This document shows positions 39,059 to 53,009 of a DNA stretch of 64,000 nucleotides, piece by piece. Where the stretch lies: the NCBI GenBank assembly GCA_030704615.1, contig CM060732.1:57970001-58034000 (forward strand), in the 5' to 3' direction. Positions within the stretch are counted from its first letter, which is position 1, and each line of letters starts with the position of its first letter. The DNA comes from Takakia lepidozioides. Lineage: Eukaryota; Plantae; Bryophyta. The position numbers and the translations under genes were made by a program. The notes under the pieces were generated by a model. The model was not told where the DNA came from, made no database searches, and saw only the letters and a list, made by a program, of their open reading frames with translations.

Positions 39059-39596
39059 TTGTGCCAGACTACGTTGTTGTGCATATATGTGTTGTGTGGT
39101 TTGAACAACGATGTAGTTCTATAGCGATATATATGCGCACGACATGGCCTTGTTGGGTTCAAATGTATAGATATCTCACATTGATGATCGTGTAAAGGGT
39201 TTTTCAAAGGAAATATGGAAAGCCCTAAATAATAATTTATCGCGTTTATATAAGACAATTAGGCTAACACGAGTCCCGTATTTGATGGCAGTGATTTTTA
39301 CACACGTAGAACCTCATAAAAAAGAAAGAAGACTCATCCCCAATGAAGCATGATTGTCTCTTCATATGAGGATTATTGGCTACTATTGGAAGGTGAACAC
39401 TTTGAACTCTAGAGCACCTAGGTTATGCCCATGCAAGGCACAAACACGGAAACACTCAGCTCCATGCTCTAGTGTGTAGAATCTCATATTCTACTAACTT
39501 GGATTTTTCATCCTCATTAAGTATAAATCACTGAATACACTATGGGGTTAGACAAAATATGTGCATAGGGTAATAATAGGTATATTAGACAACCAA

Positions 39597-39740
39597 GTTG
39601 CAGCCCGGGCACATACCACCTCAGAAATGGTTGTGGGTTCAATCCACCGATTGATGTCACAAAGATTTCCACCTTCCTGCTGGAAGCTCTTCGCTGTCAA
39701 GAGACACAATAATTTACGCTTCCTTGCGAGGAGTCATCTA
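39597..39740 (+). mobile_element. tRNA-derived SINE, diverged copy
   Basis: GGGCACATACCAC..TGGTTGTGGGTTCAATCC (B box), body similar to the 58968 copy, followed by (TA)n. Confidence 0.65.
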
Positions 39741-40060
39741 TATATATATATTAGAGCTATCGCCAATAGTCCGTTGGGATGAAGAGAAACCATAATCTAC
39801 CGTACTAACGTAGCTTATTAGGCAATAATTACTTCAAAATCAAGTGCCTAATTAAATTTAGAACATTTTTAGAAAATATGCCTAAAACTTAGAAAAAACT
39901 CCTAAGAAGTGCTTAAATGCTCGAAATTGTGAAAAAAATACCAAAATGTCTAAATATGTGGAAAAATGCCTAAATTGTATTATTTAAAGTCCAAAAAATG
40001 GTAAAAATGCCTACAATTTAAAATTTCATGTCCACACAACTTCCAAAGGGTCCTAAAAAT

Positions 40061-40235
40061 TATGGCGCCTCCTGAAGGGAGCGTAACTTATGGGTGTCAC
40101 GTCACCATAAGGGCTACTGCCTTCCGGCTGAAAGGTGGACACCTTCATGACACACCAGACCATGGTTTGAACCCACAACCACATCCAACGTGGTATGTGC
40201 CCTTTACAATTGGGCTATATGCTGCTAGGGCTACA
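40061..40235 (-). mobile_element. tRNA-derived SINE
   Basis: The reverse complement is closely similar to 58060-58225, with an A-box-like TAGCCCAATTG and the B box GGTTCAAACC. Confidence 0.8.
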
Positions 40236-40898
40236 TGCCAAAAGGTCCTACATTGATGCAGCTACATCCTCATAAGTCTCATCACCTATCTCATATAAAT
40301 CTTTTGAATCTAAGGGAATGTTAAGGTCAGAAACATCATCATCCTCGATATATATGTTTGCAAGACATTGGCTCATGCTCTCAATGATACTTCCATCAAG
40401 GTAGACATCTCGAACATCCTCCATGACAAGATCTTATTTCACTTGGGTGGAAAGGTTTAGGGTTTAGTACATACAGCCTACAATGTAGCCATTCTTTTAT
40501 CACATATTATACGTTGCGTTGTTTTAAAAAGAAAATTATCCCAATAATAGTATTGAGGGAGGTAAAAAATAATTGTTGAGATAAAATATTTATTTTCAAA
40601 ATAATTATGTTTTAAAAAAAATTATCTCAATAATAGTTTTTGAGGGAGGTAAAAAATAATTGTTCATTGTGTTATTTTGTTATGGGCGTAGTGCCTTTGG
40701 ATAAGAACCGTAGATCCTTGACAAGAGTGGATGAATGTTTTCTCAAACCAACTATATTAAGGCTCAGCATAAGATCTAACAACCAAGGTCTGCTAACAAA
40801 GATGAGAGCCATATCAAATAACACATATCAAATAACGCTCTAGTCATGCCATTTTCAAGTGTAAAGTTTCAGAGAGCAAAGATTTTTGATAGCATTAA

Positions 40899-43742
40899 CC
40901 CGCAAGTGCCCAAGCGACCCATTTTGGGGGTTTGCTTAACCAACCATAACTTCATGTGGTTAAGGCTGATTGGGCTTTTTTTGGGCTCATTCGATAGAAA
41001 ATCGGGTCCCCCTTTATACGGCATTGGCCAATTGGTCAATGCTTGAAGGGGTACGGGTCTGGACCAATGGGAAGGGGGCCAACTCAGCTTTTTGAGGCCA
41101 TTTTGGCCCCCCCAAACCTGCCCAAGTTGCTGACATGGCAACCTGGGTCAGGTTAGGGTGAAAGAAATATACCCCAGAAAATATGGGGCGGCACACTTCC
41201 CCAAACCCCTTGAATGCCCGGCAGGGGCAGGGCGGCAGACGCAGGTCTGGGAATTTCCAGGCCTATTCCCTAACCTGGAATCGACGGCGATGGCAGCTCC
41301 GGCCATTGCCTCGGGCCTGTGGTTGGCAGACTGGATGGAGCTTTGCGGTGAGGGCGGCAAGCTCACGGCTCGAGAGGTCTCTCCCATGCGCGGGCCCAAC
41401 TGTTTGCAGGGTGTGTGTTGAATTTGTAGGGTGTTGGTGCTAATGCAGCCCACCCGTGAGGATTGCATGGCGCCGATGCAGCTGGTGGCATTCATTTTCG
41501 CGCGCAGTGCTTGGAATCTTTCATTTGGGGTGTATGGATGTTTGTGGCACGATTTTTGCATGAGAGAATCACCCAATGCGTTTGTTTGGCGTTCTGTTCT
41601 GTCAATTTGGGGTGACATTCCTTCCTGAAAACCCTAACTGACCTGCTCATTTCATTGCCCATCAATTTGTGGGATCATGGTTACTTCATCACGGTTTTTT
41701 GGCCATCGATTTTGCTCGAGCATGAGAGAAACACCTATGGCGTGATTTTGTGGGTGGCCCAGGTTTCCATGGTGTCTGGCATGTTCGCCTTTGTCTAGCC
41801 TGAGGGTTCTCTCGATTTGGGGTGACATTCATGATTGTGGAACTAAACTGACCTGCGAATTTCCATTCACGCTGGTTCTGGCACGTTGGTCTTTCTGCGG
41901 GCTAAAGTTCTATCGATTATTAGGTAACATGCCTGACCTGCTCATCAATGTTGGCCATCGATGGTTGGATCTATGGTTACTTCATGCGATTTTTGGTCAT
42001 TTGGCATTTTGTGTCCTTTGCATGGTTGCTGGCACGATGGCATTTGTCCAGCCTGAGGGTTCAGTCGATTTGGGGTGACATTTCAAGCACACATCGATTT
42101 CTGATTGTCTACCTAACTGACCTGCGAATTTTGATTTTGGGTGTCATGGTTCTTGGCACGTTGGCCTTTCTGCAAATGGAGTTTTATCGATTTCTTGGTA
42201 ACATTTCTGACGTGCGATTCAAGCATGGTGCGATTCAACCTTGATGAGACTTCTTCCTGAGAGCCTAAGTGGCCTGCTCATTTCATTTGGCCATCGACTT
42301 ATGGGTGGCTCCAGCCCCGTCTCCAGCCTGCACTGTATGTTGTGTTCATTGGGAGCCACTAAACCTAGCCAGCCTTCTTCTTTTCCTTTGTGGTGATCAT
42401 GTTTCACCTATTTTGGTCTATGTTTTATCTATTTTGGTTCCTAGAGTTTCCTTATTCGCTCTGGTGCTTCATCCGCCATTTGTATTTTGTGCTCGTGCTT
42501 CCACTTGGGGCTGACAGGGCGGGCTGCAGGCTGTGCATTCATGGTGATGCCCTACTGGGCCGCCATTGCTTAGTAATGAGGTGTTTGCAGCCCCATCATG
42601 AACCTCCTGCCTCCAGCAATGAAACAACTCAAAAGAAGCTAAGTTCAAAGCCCTAACTGACCTTGTATTTCATGTGCTTTGCTCATTCAGATTGCACTTA
42701 TTTTTCCATGTGGTTTACATCTTGTTTGCTAAGGTACTTGATGTTGTATGGTTTCCTTGGGGTTTTCCATCAAACTGACCTTGTGGTTTGCATGATGCTT
42801 CCATGGCATTTTTTTGGGTGCTAATGCCAAGCTTTCTTTTCTGCTTGTGTACAGGTTCTGCATGGTTCAATCCCAGTGTGAAGATCAACCCCATCGAGGG
42901 GGGCGGGGGGGGGAGGGGGGCAGGGCTCGGCTGCGATGGGCAATTTTTGTGTGGGTTCAATCCCCACTCGAGTCTGGGTTATGGTAGGGGGATGTGTAGG
43001 ATTGGTTGCAAAAAACATGTATCACTAAGTTCAGCACCTGGCTGAACTAGTGTTCATATGTATGTATCATGAACAAATTCAAGAACTCATTGAATTGATG
43101 TATACTTCCATTTGCAGCTTTGCATGACTTAGACAATTTCAAGATGTATCACACAGGCTTGAAAACACACAAAGAACTTAGAACAATGCAAGGAGCTTCA
43201 AGCACACAAAGGACTTGTAAACAAATTCAATGAGCTTCAGACACACAAAAGACTTGGAACAAATTCAACGGGCTTCAAGCACACAAGTATATAAGGGACT
43301 TAGACAAATTCAGGGGTTCCTACAGTTTGACATTCAAAACTGTTTGGAAACTGTATTTCCGGTGAAATCACCTTCATCTGCAAAACCCGGGATGCATTTC
43401 CGGTTAGGGGTAGGCCATACATATGTGGGGTGGCAAAGTCCAAAACCCCTCATTATGAGGGGTGGGCCGAACCTGGGGCAGGAGTTTCATAGGGTTGAGG
43501 GTGGAGTGGGCCCCCAAGAAAGTAGGGGCCGGGTAGCGAGAGGAGCTCCCAAACCCTCTACCCTTGTGGGCTATGGTTCCAAATATCCCTAGGCCTGCAG
43601 GCTATAATTTAGGTGTGCCATTTGAAGTCTTGGGCAGGGAACCTAAAGATGCGATGACAATTGATTGGTCTCAAAAACATTTGGGGAAGTGTCAAGGGCA
43701 AGGGCACTTAAGGGCACTCATGTGAGCTTGGGCACTTAGGGG
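40899..43742. mobile_element. piggyBac-like non-autonomous DNA transposon, 2844 bp
   Basis: TTAA on both sides (40895-98 and 43743-46). 17-bp TIR CCCGCAAGTGCCCAAGC / CCCCTAAGTGCCCAAGC (2 mismatches). Internal degenerate repeats; no transposase ORF recognised. Confidence 0.7.
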
Positions 43743-43795
43743 TTAAGGGTGACATAAGAATAAAGCATGTAACATTTATCGAGGGTCGACTGTAA

Positions 43796-44601
43796 CAGCG
43801 TCCGGGAAATAATTTCAGTTGAACCAGCCAGTAGCCGCTCATTCCCAGCAGCAATCGGCTAAGTGGGTTGGGCAGTCGGCGGCTGCCCCTTAGTGGTAAC
43901 TATACCCGGTCAATTTCCGAGATAATTATTTTACAATAATATTCCTAATGATTTATTTTGTGTTCAGCTATAAATCCGGCCCTTATAAATATCAACCGGT
44001 TGACAACACAAGTGTCAAATGCACAACAATAAGTAAATAATAATAATAAATAATAATTACAACCAGTTTTAAGCAATTCAAACAAAGTGAAGAACATTGT
44101 ATCCTTATAGAAGTTGGACCTGTCAATGCCTTCAAACCACATGGAGAAGAATTGAACCCGTGTGGAGGGGTGAGCTATGATGGCAGGCAGCGAGTGCAAG
44201 CAGGCGTGGGGCTGGGGGCTGCGAGAGCAACGTCCAGACTTAGTAGGGTTTGCCCGCGGCCCGACCTCTTGAGTTCAATATTTTTTGACCTAAACGCCCT
44301 TCCTCGGATGTAACCCGGCCTGGCACGTTGGATTTCTGCCATGTGGCGGACTTTGACTGCCATTTCCATTTTTTTGTAATATAAGAAGGGCCGGAATCCG
44401 TCCAGGCCTTGCCATCTAAGGCAGATTTCCTGTAATGAAATGGAAAGGCAAATATCCTTCCTAAGAGTAGGGCACCCGGTTGATTTCCGCTTCGGCCATT
44501 TTGTCCCTCGGATCCATTTCCTGAGGTTTCATATTTCATTCGGAAATTCTGGAATTCAGTCGGCTAGCATGTAACTGGCTGCCGGTTCTCCCAGGACGTT
44601 G
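43796..44601. mobile_element. hAT-type MITE, 806 bp
   Basis: Perfect 8-bp TSD GACTGTAA (43788-95 and 44602-09), imperfect TIR CAGCGTCCGGG / CAACGTCCTGG, and CCGG-rich subterminal regions. Confidence 0.85.
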
Positions 44602-44851
44602 GACTGTAATGCATGCCTAATGTATGGAAATTACCTAGGTGAGGTGCCTATATAATAAAAACGAATCTGCCCAATAATATTCCATTTTTATTAATTATTA
44701 GGCACGGAAGTGCATAATAAGCTAGGTAAGTACTAATTACGGTATTGTGCTTTTATTTCAAAGCTATCCCATGGAACCAACTAGTGTAGCAAGATGGCTG
44801 CCTCCCTGTGATATGGATCTGGTTTGCAATATGGGAAACCAGCGGTTTTAT

Positions 44852-44893
44852 GCCATGTGGCATCCTTGCTTAGTGGAGGGCTTTCTATTTAAA
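44852..44893 (+). promoter_or_regulatory. Candidate LOX proximal promoter: G-box-like GCCATGTGGC and TATA-like TATTTAAA
   Basis: Motifs lie about 330-370 bp upstream of the LOX ATG. Positional inference only. Confidence 0.3.
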
Positions 44894-45223
44894 CTGGGGC
44901 TTTGGGCACTGTTACCCAGTGTAGAGTAGTGTATTGTAACAATAGGGTGGTGGTGCTCGGGAGTGATGAGTACATAAGAGCGTCCCACACTATCCTCGTC
45001 CTCAACACTGATTGTCAGAAGTAAACTTGGAATGTCGATCACCTTCCTCCCAGCTGCTGCTCTCTTGTCTGTTGGGATTTCTTACTTCCCGGAACATTGA
45101 CAGCTTACGCAGTACTTCACGACCTCAGTCGCTCAAGCTTGATCAGTTTTGTACCGTCTTGCTGGTCCCCCAACACCCATGTCGGGACTACACATGTTGT
45201 GGACTTGACACAGATAGGGAAGA

Positions 45224-48200
45224 ATGGAGCAAACTTTAAGGGTCTCCGCATTGAGCTCATTCACTTCTAGTACAGTTAGCAATGTGATGACAGCGCAGGC
45301 TGCGTCTTCCCTCAAATCTGGGCTACCATTACTGTGTAATGACTCCACTAAGGCACTCAGGCTTACGGGCTTCTCTCATGGAAAACTTGAGAAGACACGA
45401 CGGAGTGTAGGCGTGCAGGCCTCAGCAATCGACCCGCTGGTCAAGGGCTTGGAGGGCTTGTTCCATCGGGGTCAGGAGAGTAAGAGTGACAATGTGGAGT
45501 ACGTTAGTCTGAGTGGCACTCTCGTGGTCCGCAAGAAGAGTCTCTTGAAGTATGCGGACGTAGGCTCAGACTTTGTGGATGATAGCGAGGATCGGGTGCT
45601 CAACAGGAAAGTAACTCTCCAGCTCATCAGTGCGGATCAAGTGCAGCCTGGTGAGCTTCTAACTCGCTGTTCATGAATAAGAGTTACGAGGGGTTTCATG
45701 TGCACAATCTTATGGCCTAATGGAATGTCCCGTTGTACTCCAGGCACTCAAACCGGGAAGTTGGGCACGGAAACTGTCGTGGAGAATTGGTTCAAATCTC
45801 AAGATACATTGAAGCAGAGTGACATCAGCTACCCTATCACTTTCAAAGTGCCCAATGACTTCGGGACTCCAGGGGCCTTCACTGTAAAGAATCGCCACAG
45901 CAATGAGGTCTTTTTCAAATCTCTTACTCTGACACTTCCACATGGGAAGGAGGTGTACTTTGGATGCAACTCGTGGGTCTACAATGTCAACAAGTACAAG
46001 GTCGACCGCATCTTTTTCAGCAGTCAGGTATTGCATTAACCATCTTGAACTGGACACGAAAAGGTCATGTCCTTGAGTATTCAAACATTGCAAATTGAAG
46101 TGCTTAGCATCAGCTGAGAAAATGCAATGGGTGCCACAGGTGTACATGACTGGTCAGACTCCACCAGGGCTTGTGGAACTGCGTAAGGTCGAATTGCAAA
46201 ATTTGAGGGGGGATGGCCATGGTGAGAGGCAATTTTGGGATCGCATCTATGACTACGATACCTACAATGACTTGGGTTTATCTATATTCCCAAAGCTGAG
46301 AAGGCCTCCTCTGGGGGGCAACCAAATATTGCCATATCCCCGCCGCTGTCGTAGTGGACGCAAACTTGATTCTGCAGGTAAATCCGATCCCACTTCCTTT
46401 CAACCCGTCGAGGAATCATCTGGACGTCTCCCTCCTGCATCCCTCAGCACAAGATTGGTGAGTCAAGCTAATGCACGTCCTTGTCCTGAAGGCTGATATC
46501 ATACCAAAAATGTCTGTTATGGCAGATCCATTATCTGAGGTCAAACCGCTTAGCGTCTTTTCTTATGTCCCGCGGGACGAGTTTTTTGAGGCGCAAAAGG
46601 AGACAGATTTTCTCAGCAACATGTTTCGGTCACTTGGGCATGCTCTCATTCCAGTCATGAAATCTGTCTTCTCTGGTAAGCACATGGAGTTCACAAGTTT
46701 CAAAGACCTGCGCAACCTCTACGAGAAAGGGATCGATTTGAAGAAGCCGTTGCAGAAACAAGCTGCCGACCAAGCAGCCGGTAGCAATACTGAAAATGCC
46801 GCTGCACAACTTCTGCACCCCTCCGAAGTGGTCAAGAGCCTGGGCGCTGATGACCATGCGAGTATCCTCAAATTCAGTGTGCCTCAAGTCATTGAAGGTA
46901 CGTGAAATTCACGCCATACTGGTATGATCTATCCCTCCACTCCTGCATCTTTCAGGGAGTTCAAATCTCTGGAGCCCAAGCCCAACTTTGCAGATTTTGT
47001 ATCCACTAAAACAGTTCAGAGTAAAAATTCGTTTGGTGTGTCTGCGTCCCACAGCTAACGAGGAGGCGTGGATGGAAGATGAGGAATTTGGGCGTCAAAC
47101 TTTGGCCGGTGTAAACCCGTTCATCATTCAGCGCCTCACGGTGAAGTATCTCTTCCACTCCAGCCCACACTGTTCTCAAAGATAACAAAGGATCTCTCAT
47201 GGTACAAAGATTGTGTAGCAACTAAGATAAGAAGTGCCAGCATACTTTTGAAGGTTCCCCTCTTGAATGTCCCAAACATCCATTGAATACGAAGCTCCCA
47301 GATCAGGTTGATTGGTCAGAATTTAGAGTTGAACAAGTTCAGACTAGCAATACGAGATTGGATTTTCTGTAAGACATGCATGCATAAAAATGTGATAATT
47401 TGTGGATTTTTGATGTGTTGGTTGTGGGCACTTGATATTCTAGGAATTCCCGTTGGTGAGTAGTTTGAACGATGTTGAAAAGTATGGGGACCCAAGATCA
47501 GCCATCACCGCGGAGCATATTGAGCCATACATGGAAGGTCTTACAGTCCAGCAGGTAAAATAGTTCAACTAGTTATGGGCTGCTTTGACCAAGCATTGAG
47601 CTATGTAAATTTTCACACAGAAGTCCGATTTATCATCTCTTTTGAATCAGTCTCTAGTCTTGCTCTAGAGATGACCTGTCAGCTAAGGTTATAAGTAGTG
47701 GTAGATATGTGGGTTGGGTTCATTTGCAGCCAGGCTACAGGTTTGAAGTGAAAAACCCTCGGAGCTCAGGTCTACTTTGTTAGTCTTCTTCTGTTTTGCC
47801 TTCCTGTACATAACAAGTATTTTGAGACCTCTATGTGAAATGTGAATTTTGAGATAATTGATGCCTTGTGTGGGGAAATATTGCAGGCATTGAATGAAAA
47901 AAGGCTGTACACGTTGGATTTCCATGACTCCTTTTTGCCCTACATTCAACGAATGAATGAGTCCAAAGACTTTGACTCCAAGGCCTACGCAACCAGGACC
48001 ATCCTGTTTCTCGCAAGTGATAAAAAGATGATGCCTGTGGCCATCGAGCTGGCCTTGCCAGGAAATACCTCCAGCAGCAAGAGGGTGCTTACTCCTCCTC
48101 CAAAGGACGGTAACCCATGGTTGTGGCGTCTTGCCAAAGCACATGTTTGGGCCAATGATAATGCATTCAACCAGATCTACACTCATTGGTACGTTGGCAA

Positions 48201-49886
48201 ATTTTATACCTTCTGAGTTGACATGTAAGTGGGAATTAGGGGGATGAAAATCAATACTTTGACATCAATTTTGTCCTATGTATTTCTGTAGGACACGTAC
48301 ACACGCTGCGTTTGAATCTTACATCATCGCAACAAATAGACAGCTGAGTGTCCTGCATCCGGTGAATGCTTTGCTGCTACCACACTACAAGAACACCATG
48401 ACTATCAACTCATCCGCTCGGATAAGCCTCGTTAGTGCTGGTGGACTCCTTGAGGAATGCTTCTCCACCGGAACTTATTCTATGGAGATAGGTGCAAAAA
48501 TCTATGGGGCATTATGGCACTTTGAGGACGACGCCATACCCATTGACCTGCTCAAGAGGTGAGTGATTTCCTTGAAGCATACTAAGATGTGAGGCTATTC
48601 CAAAATGATTTTTGTTTTACATACCCCAGGTTACATAAATTTTATCCATGATTGTATTTTTTGGTATTTTATCTTGCTTGGATTCAAACCGTGGACTGTT
48701 TGCACATGCACCTTGAAAGTGGAAATGGCTAGTACAATTGTAAGCTCACCATTTGTCCAGAGCCTTTAGTCATTATTGCATCAACATTCTTTATTAGTAA
48801 GTCATTCGCAAAGTCGTTGCAATGCAGGGGATTGGCAGAGCCCGATCAAAACTCTGAGAGTGGTGTGAAGTTGGTGATTGAGGACTACCCTTATGCGGTT
48901 GATGGCCTTGACCTATGGTGTGTCCTGAAGAACTGGGTGCAAGACTATGTCAACATATACTACTTGGATGACAATGTTGTGCAGCAGGATGCAGAGCTCC
49001 AGGCCTGGTGGTCCGAAATCCGCACCAAGGGACATGAAGAGAAGAAAGATGCAGAGGGCTGGCCAGTTCTCAATTCCAAGAAAAATCTGATCCAAATCTT
49101 GACAACAATCATCTGGTTGGCTACTGGTCACCATGCCGCTGTGAACTTTGGGCAGTATGCATATACAGCTTACATGCCCAACCATCCTTGCACAATGCGG
49201 CGTCACCTTCCTGAAGAGAATAGCGAAGAGTACAAAGAGCTGCTATCTGACCCGGAGAGGTTCTTCCTTAGATCCCAAGCAACGCCTTCACAGGCGGCCC
49301 TGTCCATGTCCCTGGTTGAGATCTTCTCAAAGCATGCAGTTAATGAGCAATACCTGGGCGAGGAAGCAACGGACAAGTGGGCAGACAATCACGAGGTACG
49401 TTCCTCAATTCGTATCCATAGCTGACCAGTACAACTTTTCCACTCACTTGGCTAGACACTGCCCTTCCAGACACTCAGATCTGTCATGAATGGAAGACAG
49501 TTGTCTTCAGGTGCTCTGCTTGTTTGTGGTGTGTCTCAGATTACAGTGGATGTGATTCCTGTGGAGCCGTACCGGAGTAGTACTTAACCTAGTCAAATGC
49601 TGGCTCCTGAACCAATTGCACAAAACAATCTCTGAATACTCTTAGAACCTAGATAGCTGCATTTGCAATCTTCCAATGAAATGTTTTCTTTGGTTTGAAG
49701 GTACTCAAAGCATTTGAGAAGTATAGAGAGCAACTGCAACAAGTGGAGAAGAGAATGAACGACAGAAACGCCCTGAAGCTCGGAAACCGTTGGGGTCCTG
49801 CCCAACTACCCTACACCTTGCTTCTTCCCTCCTCCCCGACACCTGGTCTAACAGGCAGGGGTGTCCCTAATAGTATCTCCATATGA
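45224..49886 (+). CDS. LOX: Lipoxygenase, plastid-targeted type II 13S-LOX-like, 946 aa
   Basis: Exons 45224-45650, 45744-46027, 46140-46377, 46526-46897, 47055-47140, 47444-47554, 47887-48188, 48292-48558, 48828-49395 and 49701-49886 splice in frame (2841 nt). Ser/Thr-rich transit-like N-terminus, PLAT domain (FGTPGAF, F.CNSWV), [49 protein letters not shown] and C-terminal GVPNSISI. Confidence 0.96.
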
Positions 49887-50984
49887 GAGTATTAACTGTA
49901 ACTTTTCTGAGTAGCCTGGCACTCCAATTAGTCATGCAAACGTTCTAATTCTGAAGGCCATGATCATGAGACCGTGCCTGGTCAGTCTCCCACCCAATTT
50001 CTCACATCCTCTCTGGAACACGACCATGTATGTAAAACGGAAGTGGGGATGGGAGATATATGGAGCAGATGAATACTTCATCTTTTGAGCACTGCTTAGT
50101 CTACAGGTGTTCCATCAATAGCATCCCGATACTACTCTCTCTTGAGAAAACATAGCTCCAGGGGCTATTTGATTACTACAAGGATCGGCGATGCCTTAAA
50201 GCTCACCTACCGGGGCAAAGTGGCTTAGAGAGAAGACCAGGAGTAGAGTTTGGTGGTGGTTCATGTTACATAAATATCATATACATACACATGCACAGTG
50301 TGGGTGCATCTAAGAAAAAGGTGGTATATCAACTAATTTCAGAAGGAAGTACAAGAAGTGACCACAGTGTAGACTATCATATAGTGAGACTCAACCTGAA
50401 CTAGTAGAGCAGTTGATGGAGTATAAGATGTTTCCAGGCAAGGTACTGTTTGAATATTAAGAAGATCAAATGTTGCAATGGCTTCGGCTGTCTGTGTCCT
50501 GGGACGTCTCTCCCTCTCTTCATGTCTTATTCTCTAATGCATCTCACCTGTCCCTTGATTACTCTAGATAACAGGAAGTAAACATCATATTATCCTATCA
50601 ATATTGACATCAGTTGGTGCCTCTAAAGATGTCTCACAAATTGACCGTCACGTATTGCGGTTCCTGACGCAGTGCCACGGCCCAAGCCATCCTTGCGCGC
50701 TCAAACAAAAGAAATTCCGATGTGACGAGTAGCACTCTCCACGTTGGAACTTGGAACCAATGCACATGAACTAGTGTTGTCTTTTACATGGCTTGTGCGG
50801 GCTACACTCATGAATCCAAATCAATTCCTAAATGGGAGCTCGACATGTTTACATAACAGAGAAATCTGTGTTGAGCAGGCTGACAACTTAGACGAACTTC
50901 GAATCTCCTCAGACCGACATTTCAAGCAGTATCCGTCGTGGTTCCAATGAACACACTCTGAGTACCGCCTTCAAGTTCTTGACA

Positions 50985-51360
50985 AAAACGAGTCAACTAC
51001 GCAAAATATGGCTTTCAAGATCAGATAATGATGCCTCACATGATGAGTAGTCCAGTGCAGATGCCAGAAGTCCCATGCCCAACAAGCTGGACACGCGCCC
51101 CTGAGCATGGCCAGCACTAGAGTTAATGCGCCCACTGCAACGATCACTCTCGTGATCGAACACTATTGCGGCATATCCCTCATCACTCCAATGAAAAGTG
51201 AGTAGTCAACAACCATCGAATCAGCTACGCAAAGTTGGCATTCAAGATCAGATCAACATGTGAACGCTGCCAGACGGACCCTACCGTGACAGCTTGGCAG
51301 CTTGCCCACCACGGCCCACTACATAGTTAATGCGCACACGAGAGTCTCGTGATCGACCAT
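50985..51360. repeat. Degenerate local duplication, ~220-bp spacing
   Basis: CTACGCAAA..TGGC.TTCAAGATCAGAT at ~50997 and ~51225; AGTTAATGCGC..TCTCGTGATCGA at ~51121 and ~51325. Confidence 0.5.
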
Positions 51361-53009
51361 ATTCAATGACTTCTTACCCCATTTAGCACACGTAAGTAAA
51401 TATTCTTTCAGTTCTGATCTGGCCAGAGTTTTCCAACAACACATAGGACAGTCCACCCACTCTTTTTATAGCGTACTGTGTCAATTGTGACCGTGAGGAC
51501 CATGTCCAGCTCGTGATCCATCCCCCTCAGAGGATTCCGTGGACCCATTTCCAAATGATGGTGCAATGCTCTGCAGAACATTCAACAATCTACTTTCTAT
51601 GGTACTGCTGTAGATCTTTCAGTGAGCACATGTTGCATATGTAGCTCCATTCACACAGTCTTATATAGAGCAACGTTACATTCTTTGCCCAATATTCGCT
51701 TCTATCGTCCCCCTTTTTACAAATGCACTACCTACCCATTACCCTACACCCTTGACCCGTTGACCAGTGCCAGGGCTTGTGAACTCAGCAAAGCCTGAAG
51801 TCTTGGGGAATGATTACAAGACCCTCTACTCACGCACTACTCATGGTCAACATTGATAGCAAACCTCCACATTGCAAACATTTGAACTGAGGTTGAGGTT
51901 GGGTAGCGCGTGAGCCTGCTAGAGGGGAATATTACCAATATTCCCCATATATTCTAAGAGTATGATTTAGCGAAATCACATTCAATCGACAACATAGCTC
52001 ACCGAACTATTTAAAAGGAAATTATTCAACTCTTTGCTCACGCTAGGATACACACTCACAATTGAATGTGAGACTAAGTACCCTCTCTTGCGAAACTCTC
52101 TTTATGATTTTTTTTTTTCTTTTTGGTTTTTATTTTGCCAACGAAACTCTCTAACCTCATCATCAACAGTGAGTAATGTGATTGTCACTTATGACTCTGA
52201 TGTTATAACTGCTTGGGTTTCAGTTAATCCATAAAGTGCAGAAAACTGAGCACGAAGTCAAAAAAGAGGGCACCAAATCATAAACTAGGGATGAGGGCAA
52301 CCACTGCTATTGCGCGAGCTCGTGAGCTCTGACCGCCTCCGCCTCGATGACTAACAAAACTCGGCACCAAACTCCTGCCACCCCCATTTTCCTGGTCCTG
52401 GCAGTTTGGTCCTGTGTTTTTTTCTAGTCGTACCGCTTGATCCTGAGTTTCGAGTTTCATACCGAGTTTTGACCAAACTCAGGGTTCTCATGCCGAGTTT
52501 GCGACCCTTTACGTTTTCTCAGTTCTAAGTTTCTGAATGTACATCCCTGTGTTTCCGCTAGCTAGCTTGTGCTAGGCTTTGTGAGAGAAGAAAACTCCAC
52601 ATGAAGGCGCTGGCTATTTCACGTACGTTGGCGATCCGAAGGAAGAGCAAGGTTGTTGCAGTCAAGATGTCCTCCAGATTTTGAACAGTTTTCACTGGGG
52701 CCTCACTGTTGTAAGTTCCTAGAATCTCTTCTCTTGGGCATCTGAAGATTTGCAGTCACGAAAAGGGATTCAAATGTTTGTACTCAAATCACCGAGGGCC
52801 GTCAGGCTGATCAGGTGTTGAGTACTCACCGTAACTGAGGCTTCCAAATCTAGGTATTGGAACTCTTCATACCAGGCTGGTTTTTCATACAAGTGTTGAT
52901 ACTTGATACCATTGCTTTTATACCAGAGGAAACCCAATTATACCATAACAACACTAATATTGTACAATTATTACAAAATTCCATTATAAGGCTAAAACCC
53001 AAAACCCTA

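Larger units (their letters stand above)
39800..44742. mobile_element. Possible old Tc1/pogo-like element hosting the SINE, piggyBac-like and hAT insertions
   Basis: Left end TA|CCGTACTAACGTAGCTTATTAGGCA versus the reverse complement of the right end TA|CCGTAATTAGTACTTACCTAGCTTATTATGCA. The match is imperfect. Confidence 0.45.
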
